In this document: piece after piece, positions 45,100-53,081 of the stretch | Numbering within the stretch: the stretch's first letter is position 1 | Layout: every line of letters begins with the position of its first letter | Source of the DNA: Thermoplasmata archaeon | GTDB lineage: Archaea > Thermoplasmatota > Thermoplasmata > Lutacidiplasmatales > UBA184 | Reading direction: 5' to 3' | DNA length: 64,000 nt | Assembly (NCBI GenBank): GCA_022750115.1 | Contig: JAKIWI010000004.1 | Location: forward strand, 97,939 to 161,938 | Translations under genes and position numbers: made by a program | Notes under the pieces: model-generated | What the model was told of the DNA's origin: nothing | The model's input: only the letters and a program-made list of their open reading frames with translations | Database searches by the model: none

Positions 45100-46314
45100 G
45101 TGCCGGCGAAGGACGACTTCACCGTCACTCCGTACGAGGTCAAGGGACGGATCGATTACGCACGGTTGCGCGAGCTGTTCGGCACGGAGGACCTCACTCC
45201 CGCGCTGCTCGACCGGCTCAAGGCCGCCGCCGGGCGCCCCCTCCCGCCGAGCCTGGAGCGCGGGATCTACTACTCCCATCGTGACCTCGGTCGGATCCTC
45301 GACGCCCACGCCGGGGGCCGCCCGTTCTTCCTCTACTCCGGTCGCGGCCCCTCCGGCCCGGTCCACACATCGCATCTGCTCGCGTTCGAACTCTCGAAGT
45401 GGTTCCAGGAGTCGTTCGGCGCGGAGATGTGGATCCAGATCACCGACGACGAGAAGGTCTGGGCGAAAGGTGACCTTTCGCGGGCCGAGTCGTACCGATG
45501 GGGGCTCGACAACCTCGCCGACTTGCTCGCTGTGGGCTTCGCGCCGGAAAAGACCCACGTGTTCTTCGACACCCGTTCGATCGGGGCGATGTACCCGCTC
45601 GCGGTCGATGTCGCCCGGAAGATCCCGTACTCGACCGTGAAGGCCGTCTTCGGGTTCCCGCCGTCGACGAACGTCGGCCTGGTGTTCTACACCGCGCTCC
45701 AGAGCGTCCCCTGCTTCTACCCGTCGTGGGTCGCCGGACGCGACATTCCGTGCCTCATCCCGTGCGGGATCGACCAGGACCCGCACTTCCGGGTCACCCG
45801 CGACCTCGCCGAACGCCTCGGGTTCCCGAAACCGGCGCTCCTCCACAGCCAGATGACGCCCGGCCTGCTCGGGCCCGACCGCGTGATGTCCACCACCGGC
45901 GACCAGCGCGACAACGCGCTCTTCCTCTCCGACCCGCCGAAAGAGGTCGAGCGGAAGCTGAAGAAGGCGTTCACCGGCGGCCGGGCGACGGTAGAGGAGC
46001 AGCGGCGACTGGGGGCGACGCCCGAGATCTGCTCGGTGTGGGCGCTCTGGCGGTCCCGGTACGCCCCGGAGGCGCCGGAGTTCGACACGATCACGGGGGA
46101 CTGCCGTTCGGGCAAGCTCCTGTGTGGCGATTGCAAGTCGATGCTGATCGAGCGCGTGAACGGCTCGTTCGCGGCGCACGCCGAACGAAAGGCGAAGGCG
46201 AGGGAGTGGGCCGAGTCGCGCATCGTCGAAGCTCTGCCCGACGGCTTCGACCCGCACGCGGTCGTGCCGAGTCGGGGCGGGGAAACCCCGCCGAGCCCGT
46301 CACCGGTCGGCTGA
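45100..46314 (+). CDS. trpS: tryptophanyl-tRNA synthetase (archaeal/eukaryotic type)
   Basis: 'FTVTPYEVKGRIDY', 'GRGPSGPVHTSHLLAFE' (HIGH region), 'VMSTTGD' (KMSKS-like); start set at the first in-frame GTG after the upstream stop (approximate). Confidence 0.85.
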   Translation: MPAKDDFTVTPYEVKGRIDYARLRELFGTEDLTPALLDRLKAAAGRPLPPSLERGIYYSHRDLGRILDAHAGGRPFFLYSGRGPSGPVHTSHLLAFELSKWFQESFGAEMWIQITDDEKVWAKGDLSRAESYRWGLDNLADLLAVGFAPEKTHVFFDTRSIGAMYPLAVDVARKIPYSTVKAVFGFPPSTNVGLVFYTALQSVPCFYPSWVAGRDIPCLIPCGIDQDPHFRVTRDLAERLGFPKPALLHSQMTPGLLGPDRVMSTTGDQRDNALFLSDPPKEVERKLKKAFTGGRATVEEQRRLGATPEICSVWALWRSRYAPEAPEFDTITGDCRSGKLLCGDCKSMLIERVNGSFAAHAERKAKAREWAESRIVEALPDGFDPHAVVPSRGGETPPSPSPVG

Positions 46315-46330
46315 GTACCACCGTCGGGGC

Positions 46331-46792
46331 CTAGCCCGGACCGGACCCTTGCGCGGGGCCGGGGGCGTCGCGAGGAACCTCGACGTTGTGAAAGATCAGG
46401 ATCTGCCAGGGGCCCTCGCCCGAGCGGGTGACCACCAGGGCCATGACGCCCCGTCTCGGGGGACGAAGGGCTCCCGCGTCGTCCCGCGCCCCGGTCATCG
46501 ACCACCAGACATCGACCGCGGCCACGTCCGGACGGATGGGCCGCACCTGGAGTCCGTCGATCGTGAGGACGGAGTCGCGGAGGATCCCCTCGAACACGGC
46601 GGCGTGATGGGCCCGAACCCCGACCCGACCACCAACGTGGTCGCCTCGCCAGCTCGTGAACTCGGCGTCGTCCGCAAACACGGCCGCGAGGCGGATGGCG
46701 TCGTGCGCGTTCCAGCCGGCGCGGAACTCGCCGACGAGCTTGCGGATCGCCGCGTCGGGTTTCATCGTGCCGGTATCGCTCCTCGAGTTCAT
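46331..46792 (-). CDS. SnoaL/NTF2-like fold protein (DUF4440/SgcJ-type)
   Basis: 153 aa; 'FRAGWNAHDAIRLAAVFADDAEF' NTF2-like signature; TATA-like box ~25 bp upstream of the first ATG. Confidence 0.55.
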   Translation of the reverse strand: MNSRSDTGTMKPDAAIRKLVGEFRAGWNAHDAIRLAAVFADDAEFTSWRGDHVGGRVGVRAHHAAVFEGILRDSVLTIDGLQVRPIRPDVAAVDVWWSMTGARDDAGALRPPRRGVMALVVTRSGEGPWQILIFHNVEVPRDAPGPAQGSGPG

Positions 46793-46971
46793 CTTGGGCT
46801 CCGCGGGCCATGTAAACTCACCTCCGAACGGGAACGGAACTCCGTCGGACCGCCGGAAGACCCCTCGCCATCGATCGGTCGGGGGGCAGAGCCGTCGTGG
46901 TCTCGGGGTATTTGTAGGAGCGAAATTTTCAGCGGGTTGTCCGTACCGGCCGACGCGGACCGAGGGAAGCC

Positions 46972-47601
46972 ATGAGGAAGGTTCTGGCGATGGTGTTCAT
47001 GACGCTCGACGGGGTCGCCGAATTCCCGATCTACGACAACCCCAGCGGGCCGGGCCCCGAGGAAGAGGAGGACCCGATGTGGAAGCCCCGCATCGAATCC
47101 TTCGACACGCTGGTGCTGGGGCGGGTGGCCTACGAAAAATGGTATGGATTCTGGCCCGCGAGGAGGGCGCAGCCCGACTGCAATGAATGGGAACGGGCCT
47201 TCTCTCTGTTTGCCGACCGAGCGGAGAAACTTGTTGTCTCGAGGACCTTGCAGAAGGCCGACTGGGTGAACTCGAGGGTCGTCAGCGGAGACATCGGGGA
47301 GGAGATCGCCCGAATCCGGGCGCTGCCCGGAAAGGACATCGCCCTCGGAGGAGGGCCCAGGATCCTGCAGGCGTTCCTGGACCGCGGATTGGTCGATGAG
47401 CTCCTGATCGCGATGTTTCCGAGCCTCCTCGGCCGAGGCAAGCCCCTCTTCCACGTCGTCGACGACCCGGACAATCCCGGAGATTTCGTGCCCCCGGGGG
47501 CGCCGGGCCGCAAGGACTTCACGCTCGTCGAGGCGAAACCCCTCAAGGACGGAACGGTCTTCCTCCACTACCGACGGGTTCCTGCCCGGACGTCGGGGTA
47601 G
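46972..47601 (+). CDS. dihydrofolate-reductase-like (RibD C-terminal domain) family protein
   Basis: 'MRKVLAMVFMTLDGV', 'GGGPRILQAFLDRGLVDEL' signatures. Confidence 0.7.
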   Translation: MRKVLAMVFMTLDGVAEFPIYDNPSGPGPEEEEDPMWKPRIESFDTLVLGRVAYEKWYGFWPARRAQPDCNEWERAFSLFADRAEKLVVSRTLQKADWVNSRVVSGDIGEEIARIRALPGKDIALGGGPRILQAFLDRGLVDELLIAMFPSLLGRGKPLFHVVDDPDNPGDFVPPGAPGRKDFTLVEAKPLKDGTVFLHYRRVPARTSG

Positions 47602-47641
47602 GGGTCCGACTCCGGGGCCGGCGTTGGCCGGCCGACCGGTC

Positions 47642-48412
47642 CTATCCGACTTCGGGGCGGTTCTGGGGCTTCGGGCCGTCCGGCCGTCGCGGCGTCGGCG
47701 GAAGCACCGGCCCCGCGACCGCGGGCCCGGGCATGTCCGTCAGGTCGGCTCCCTCGGACTCGGACGCGGCGGTGACAAGTTGGAGCATCGGACGGAACAG
47801 CGACTTCGCCGCTCGTTCCGGATCGAGCGTGTAGGCCCGCTCGTACGCGGCGACGGCTTCTTCTTCCTCCCCGAGGCTCAGCAGCGAGAGGGCGAGGTCG
47901 ATCCAACTGCGCGACTCGCGCAGGGTCTCCTTCTCGCCGACCTCGTTGAGGTGGGCGTCGCCGGACTCCGTCGAACGGAGGGGTTCCTCGAGCGGTCGCT
48001 CCCCGGTCTCCCGGGAGAGGACGAGGGCGCGCTCGAACGCGGCGGACGCCGAGTCCTCCTCGCCGCACTCGGCCAGCGCGACGCCCAGCCGATGCCACGC
48101 GACGAGGTCGTCCGGCACCAGGGCGACGGCGTGTCGGTAGGCGCTCGCCGCCTCCGGCCACTCCGACCGGAGCGAGCGGGCGACGCCGAGATGGAACCAC
48201 GCCTCGGCGTTCTGCGGGGCGAGGGCGATGGCGCGGGACAGGGACGATTCGGCCTCGGCCGCCCGGCCAAGGTGCGCTTGGGCCATACCGAGGTACGACC
48301 AGCCCCGGGCGTTGAGAGGTTCCTCCCGCAGGACCTCCTGGAAGGCGCGGACGGCCTTCTCGTGCTCTTTCTGGAGGAGGTAGTGCACCCCCAGATCGAA
48401 TCGTTGGCTCAC
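47642..48412 (-). CDS. TPR-repeat protein
   Basis: Several 34-aa repeats ('AWFHLGVARSL...', 'AWHRLGVALAE...'); start at GTG 48412 uncertain (listed 48625). Confidence 0.6.
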   Translation of the reverse strand: MSQRFDLGVHYLLQKEHEKAVRAFQEVLREEPLNARGWSYLGMAQAHLGRAAEAESSLSRAIALAPQNAEAWFHLGVARSLRSEWPEAASAYRHAVALVPDDLVAWHRLGVALAECGEEDSASAAFERALVLSRETGERPLEEPLRSTESGDAHLNEVGEKETLRESRSWIDLALSLLSLGEEEEAVAAYERAYTLDPERAAKSLFRPMLQLVTAASESEGADLTDMPGPAVAGPVLPPTPRRPDGPKPQNRPEVG

Positions 48413-48719
48413 GTCGGACCCGGTAGTCGCGGGACGGGGGGCGGACGGAAAAACCCTCTGTCGGGTCGGAAGGCCGCGGAACGTGAGACGGAGCTCGCTC
48501 CCCGGGTTATCCGTCCGAACGACGATCCGGGGGACCTGGGTCGGCGAGGAAAAGCGCCCCGGAATCCCCCGGGGCGAGAGCCCTCGTCGCGCTCGGCGCC
48601 GGCGTGGGCCACTGGTCCCCAACATTCATATCGCTGAACCCGCGAAAGCTACCCTTCGTCGCTCCCACGGACGGCGTCCCGGAATCCCCGGGTCCGCACG
48701 ACGGGACGCTCCGGGATCG

Positions 48720-49640
48720 ATGCTCACCGCCGTCGCCGACCAACAGGCCGTCCCCCGACGGCCGTGGCACGAACCAACCTCACCGGACCGCTCCCCGGGA
48801 GGCCGTCCCGCCCCGTCGGTACTTCGCGAGGTCGTCGAAGCTCCCGAGGCCGAGGCCAGCCAGGAGGCATCCCGGACGTGGGATCAAGAGAACCGGCTCG
48901 TCCTCTCCGAACTGGATTTCCTTTCCGAGGCACTCGGCCGGGCGTGGCGAACCTCCCCTTCGCCCCTCGAGGAGATCGCCGCTCTCACGGAGGTCGAACC
49001 CGAGGCGCGGATCGAGGTCGGTCCACCGCTGGACCTCGACGAACCCGTCGAGTCTCTCGACGGTTCACCGAGCCCGTACCTCGAGGAACGGCTCCACACC
49101 GCCCAGGAAGTCGCCGTCGAGCTTTCCGGAGAGTTCGAGCGGATGGAGCGGCGCAGCACCCAGCTTCGCCGGGCCGTTCGGGTGCTCGAAACTGAGCTGC
49201 GTCGAGCGACCGAGGAGGTCGCCTTTCTGCGGTCGGAGGACGCGCGACCGGTCGAACCGGACCCGGCACCGGCCCGTCCGATGGTCAAACCGACCCCTGC
49301 CCCCGCCGGGCGCGCTCGCCCCTACGAAGGCCCCGAACGGCCTGCGAGGGCCGCATCGCCCCCCTACGACCGATTCACCGTCGACCGGTACAATGGGACC
49401 ATCGCCGCCCTTGTCGCCCGTCGAAGGAAGCTCGCGGTGACCTCGGTCGCGTTGTCCATTGGGATCAGCGCGGCCCTCCTGACGCTCACGGTCCTCGCTC
49501 GCGAGCCGATCCCGACCCCGTGGGTCCTTGCAGGGCTGCCCGCGGTCTGGCTGATCCCGGTTCCGTTCTTCCTCGCGTCGTTCCGCGGCACCCACCGCGT
49601 GCTCTCCCGGGAGCCCCTTTCGCTCCCCGAGGCGCCGTGA
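48720..49640 (+). CDS. hypothetical membrane protein with coiled-coil region
   Basis: From internal ATG (M80); Glu/Arg-rich coiled coil then two C-terminal TM helices; GTGA overlap with the next gene. Confidence 0.4.
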   Translation: MLTAVADQQAVPRRPWHEPTSPDRSPGGRPAPSVLREVVEAPEAEASQEASRTWDQENRLVLSELDFLSEALGRAWRTSPSPLEEIAALTEVEPEARIEVGPPLDLDEPVESLDGSPSPYLEERLHTAQEVAVELSGEFERMERRSTQLRRAVRVLETELRRATEEVAFLRSEDARPVEPDPAPARPMVKPTPAPAGRARPYEGPERPARAASPPYDRFTVDRYNGTIAALVARRRKLAVTSVALSIGISAALLTLTVLAREPIPTPWVLAGLPAVWLIPVPFFLASFRGTHRVLSREPLSLPEAP

Positions 49641-50815
49641 GGGCGCCCACGGTGATCTTCCAGGTCACGGCGATCGGGAAGAACCCGCGCGCGCTCGAAG
49701 CGACGGTCCGCTCCGTCCTCTACTGGGTCCGCCACACGCCCCGCCAGACGTTCCGCCATCTGGTCTGGCTCGTCATCGAGCCCGACGGCTACGCAACGGC
49801 CCCGAGGCTCTACGATTCGCTCCGGACGGCAGGCGTCCAGCTCCTGATCGTCCCCGCCGACTACCGAACCCCGCTCGGCACCACGGGGAAGGGGCGAGCA
49901 CTTCAGTTTGCGAGCGAGGAGCGCCGCCGCCTCGGGCTCTCCGAGCCGATGGTCTGGGTATACCACCAGGACGAGGAGACCTGCGTCGGCCAGGACACCC
50001 TCCTCGGCATCGCCGAGTTCGTCCGGCGCACCGACGTCTACCTCGGAACGGGCGTGATCCTCTACCCGATCGACTGGAAGGGGAGCGCGAGCCACATCCA
50101 GGAGCTGACGCGCTCCTACGACGACTGGCGTGTGCTCGACTCGATGATCCATCCGGGGAACCACACCGCGGGCTTCCACGGCTCCCACTTTCTCGTCCGG
50201 GCGGACGTCGAGGACTCGATCGGGTGGGACGCGGACGGCTACGCTCCGGCCGAGGACCTCCTGTTCGAGATCCGCCTGCGCCGCGAGTTCGGGAACGTCT
50301 GCGGCCTCCTCAAGGGGTTCGCCTACGAGAAGGGGGCGTTCACCATCTCCGATCAGCTCCACCAGCGACGTCGCTGGGTCCACGGGGTCCTCCACGCGAT
50401 CGGGCGCGCTCCGGGGGTGCCCCGGCGCCGCCGCCTCACGCTCGCCTACTCGGCGATATCGTGGTTCTCCGCCCTTCCCTCGGTCGCCATCCTGGTCGCC
50501 AGCATCGCGCTGCGCTACGGCCCAATGCTCCTCGTGACCGGGGTCTTCACCGGATTCGTCTGGACGTCGATGGTCCTCGCCTATGTGGAGGGCTACCGGC
50601 TCCACGCCCGCTATGTCGACGGCCGCCCCTCGATCCTCCGAATGACGTTCGCCGGCATCCTGGGCGCCCTGGTCGACGTCACGGCCCCCTGGTACGCCCT
50701 CCTGACCCGACCGTCGCTCGGCGACTTCATCCCGAAGGATCTCCCGGCCCCCCGGAAGGCCTCGGCACCGGCCCGCCGGCCGTCGGCGGGGCGGACATCG
50801 CCCGGAGCGTCGTAA
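49637..50815 (+). CDS. GT2-family-like glycosyltransferase (GT-A fold), C-terminal TM helices
   Basis: 'VTAIGKNPRALEATVRSV', 'YAPAEDLLFE' (DxD-like), 'QRRRWVHG'; GTG start overlapping the upstream stop. Confidence 0.6.
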   Translation: MRAPTVIFQVTAIGKNPRALEATVRSVLYWVRHTPRQTFRHLVWLVIEPDGYATAPRLYDSLRTAGVQLLIVPADYRTPLGTTGKGRALQFASEERRRLGLSEPMVWVYHQDEETCVGQDTLLGIAEFVRRTDVYLGTGVILYPIDWKGSASHIQELTRSYDDWRVLDSMIHPGNHTAGFHGSHFLVRADVEDSIGWDADGYAPAEDLLFEIRLRREFGNVCGLLKGFAYEKGAFTISDQLHQRRRWVHGVLHAIGRAPGVPRRRRLTLAYSAISWFSALPSVAILVASIALRYGPMLLVTGVFTGFVWTSMVLAYVEGYRLHARYVDGRPSILRMTFAGILGALVDVTAPWYALLTRPSLGDFIPKDLPAPRKASAPARRPSAGRTSPGAS

Positions 50816-50859
50816 GGCCCCGATTTCCCGACGAAAGGGCGCCCCATGCGCCGACTTCG

Positions 50860-50875
50860 CTCGCCTTCGCCGTCA
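50860..50875 (+). promoter_or_regulatory. TATA-like box upstream of ssb (about 150 nt before the ATG)
   Basis: 'cgtcaTTAAATAGGgg'; implies a ~125-nt 5' leader or a separate small transcript. Confidence 0.35.
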
Positions 50876-51027
50876 TTAAATAGGGGGCCCGAATCGAGAA
50901 CCTTCGTAGGAACCCGTAGCCCCGACTCCGTTGAGCTCGCCCGTCTGATTCTTCTGACGCGTGTGGACTTGATTGGGCCGACGGCTCTGGATTCCCACAA
51001 ACGCAGAACGCGAAAGAGAGGAACGCC

Positions 51028-51573
51028 ATGGAGAAGACCCTGACCAAAGTGAGAGACCTGACCCCGAGCTCGAAGCAAGTGAACGTCCACGCGAAGGTCG
51101 TGAATGTCGGCGACGCCAAGGAGGTCATGGGCAAGTACGGTGACCCCCGAAAGGTGGCGGAAGCCGTCATCGGCGACGACAGCGCGACGATCACGCTCTC
51201 GCTCTGGAACGAGCAGATCGGCTCGATCGCCAAGGACGACATCATCCTGATCGACAACGGCTACGTGTCCCTCGTGCGCGGCCACATGCGCCTGAACGTC
51301 GGGCGCTACGGGAACCTGACGAAGTCGACCGACCCGATCGGGGAGGTCAACAGCGCGCTCGACATGAGCCAGCAGGAGTTCGAGTCGGAGCGGCGGTCCT
51401 ACGGTGGCGGCGGATACCGCGACCGGCAGGGCGGCGGCTACGGCAGCGGTGGCGGCGGCGGCGGCAGCTCCCGGTACGGGGGCGGCGGCGGCGGCAGCGG
51501 TGGCGGCGGCGGTGGGGGCGGCGGCGGTGGCGGCGGTGGCCGCGAGCGCTCCGAGACCTACAAGCGCTACTAG
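51028..51573 (+). CDS. ssb: single-stranded DNA-binding protein (single-OB, crenarchaeal-type) with Gly-rich tail
   Basis: 'VNVHAKVVNV...AVIGDDSATITLSLWNEQIGSI...IDNGYVSLVRGHMRLNVG' OB fold, then 'GGGYRDRQGGGYGSGGGGGG...' flexible tail. Confidence 0.75.
   Translation: MEKTLTKVRDLTPSSKQVNVHAKVVNVGDAKEVMGKYGDPRKVAEAVIGDDSATITLSLWNEQIGSIAKDDIILIDNGYVSLVRGHMRLNVGRYGNLTKSTDPIGEVNSALDMSQQEFESERRSYGGGGYRDRQGGGYGSGGGGGGSSRYGGGGGGSGGGGGGGGGGGGGGRERSETYKRY
51400..51545 (+). repeat. (GGC/GGT)n trinucleotide microsatellite encoding the poly-Gly tail of SSB
   Basis: 'ggcggcggcggcagcggtggcggcggcggtgggggcggcggcggtggcggcggtggc' runs directly visible in the sequence. Confidence 0.8.
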
Positions 51574-51661
51574 ACCCGACCCGCGACCGGACCCGACCTA
51601 ACCCAGGCGGGGGCGAGAGCCCCCGCCGATTTCGGCCCCCGACGGGGGCGCTCTTCGGATT

Positions 51662-51676
51662 TCCGTTAAATAGAGA
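51662..51676 (+). promoter_or_regulatory. TATA box for the 51700 gene
   Basis: 'tccgTTAAATAGag' ~28 bp upstream of the ATG, leaderless. Confidence 0.5.
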
Positions 51677-51699
51677 GCCCTCCCTCGCCGTCGACGGAC

Positions 51700-52389
51700 A
51701 TGGCCGACGAGAAGTCCCGCGAGCTCAGCCTCTACGTCCAGAGCAAGAAGGTCGTCACGAGCTTCTACCGCCCCCCGTCGCACTCCGGCGATGTCCGCTA
51801 CGGCCCGGAGAGCGGGATCACGGTCACGATGGGCCGGCCCCCCCACCTCGAATCCGACGCGTCGCCCGCGGCGGACGAGGCGTTCTTCCTCTCCGATGAC
51901 CAGGCGCGGTGCGTCGCGATGGTCGAGGAGGTCGCGACGAAGCGCGGCTACGCGGTCAAGGTCACGGACGTCGCGAAGGTCGGTCGCCTCGAGCGGCTCG
52001 TCACCGAGCGACTGCGCGGGGTCCAGAACTTCCCGGTCCTGATCGGTCCGGGCGACCAGCGGCTCGAGGGGTGCGAGGCGTTCACCGACGAGCGGATCGC
52101 CGAGATGATGCCCGCCGAGATGACGAGCCTGCGCGCGTTCACCTACCTGAAGGTCCGCGGCGGCGACCTCGTCCGGATCCGCGAGATCCTGCTCGCCTTC
52201 CGGGAGGTCCGCGAGCTCCACCTGCTCACGGGGGACTGGGATGTGTTCGTCGTCCTCGAGTTCGACGGGGCGCGGAACAAGAAGCGCCAGGTCCTCGACT
52301 TCGTCACCGAGCGGATCCGCGGGATCCCCGAGGTGCTCGACACGAGCACGCTCGTTCCCGAGTACTCGGTCTCGAAGTTCCCGTTCTAG
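51700..52389 (+). CDS. hypothetical protein with C-terminal Lrp/AsnC-type ligand-binding (RAM) domain
   Basis: C-terminal 'FTYLKVRGGDLVRIREILLAFREVRELHLLTGDWDVFVVLEFDG' RAM-domain pattern; N-terminal ~140 aa unassigned, no HTH apparent. Confidence 0.55.
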   Translation: MADEKSRELSLYVQSKKVVTSFYRPPSHSGDVRYGPESGITVTMGRPPHLESDASPAADEAFFLSDDQARCVAMVEEVATKRGYAVKVTDVAKVGRLERLVTERLRGVQNFPVLIGPGDQRLEGCEAFTDERIAEMMPAEMTSLRAFTYLKVRGGDLVRIREILLAFREVRELHLLTGDWDVFVVLEFDGARNKKRQVLDFVTERIRGIPEVLDTSTLVPEYSVSKFPF

Positions 52390-52445
52390 AGTTGCGGGAT
52401 TCCCGGTCCGGCATCGTCGAGCTGGGAGAGGGCCCCGCCCCCGCG

Positions 52446-52895
52446 TCAGCCGATTCGAGCCCCGACCTGGCCGGCGAACGCGCCGACTCCGATCAAAACG
52501 AGCGGATCGCCGGCCCCGGAGAACGGCAGCCCGCCCGGGGGAATCGGCGCCAATTCGAACACGTCGCCTTCCTGGATCGGCGCGGTGGACCCGTTCAGGT
52601 CGTGACACTCGCTCGGCGAGACCGAAGGTCCCCAGATGTTGTTCGCCCCTTCGTACTGAGCCAATCCGCAGCCGGCGCCGAGGAGGTCCACCCCCGTGAC
52701 CGTGAAGGGAAAGTTCAGGATGGAGCCGTTCGAGTTGATGATCTCGACATTCAGGTTCCATGGCCTTAGCGGCGTCCCCGCCGAGTTCCGCGGCGGCTCC
52801 GTGACGAGAAAGACGCACGTGCAGCTCCGGTTCGAGGCGTTGGCGCCTCCCGGGCAACGTCTCACTTCGTCATCGAGCGAAAGAACACAACTCAC
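52446..52895 (-). CDS. hypothetical Asn/Cys-rich protein with N-x-S/T sequons (possibly extracellular or a gene fragment)
   Basis: 149 aa; 'NASNRSCTC', 'NSNGSILNF', 'NGS'; hydrophobic C-terminus; no obvious signal peptide. Confidence 0.3.
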   Translation of the reverse strand: MSCVLSLDDEVRRCPGGANASNRSCTCVFLVTEPPRNSAGTPLRPWNLNVEIINSNGSILNFPFTVTGVDLLGAGCGLAQYEGANNIWGPSVSPSECHDLNGSTAPIQEGDVFELAPIPPGGLPFSGAGDPLVLIGVGAFAGQVGARIG

Positions 52896-53081
52896 CGGCG
52901 TGTTGCCCGAACCTGCACCGCAGACTGGGGGCAGTGGGAACGCCCCGACGAGAAACGCCGCGACCAGACGGCCATCACGACGACACCGGCCAGCCCGAGA
53001 CCAACCAGCAGTTCTCGAAGCCTCGACGGCGACCGCGGAGATGGGGGACGGCGGTGCATCCCGATCTCCCTCAGTGGAAAC

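Noticed and set aside
51400-51545. GGC-rich repeat block considered as a possible CRISPR-like or minisatellite array
   Set aside because: It is an in-frame trinucleotide repeat encoding the poly-Gly tail of SSB, with no spacer/repeat periodicity.
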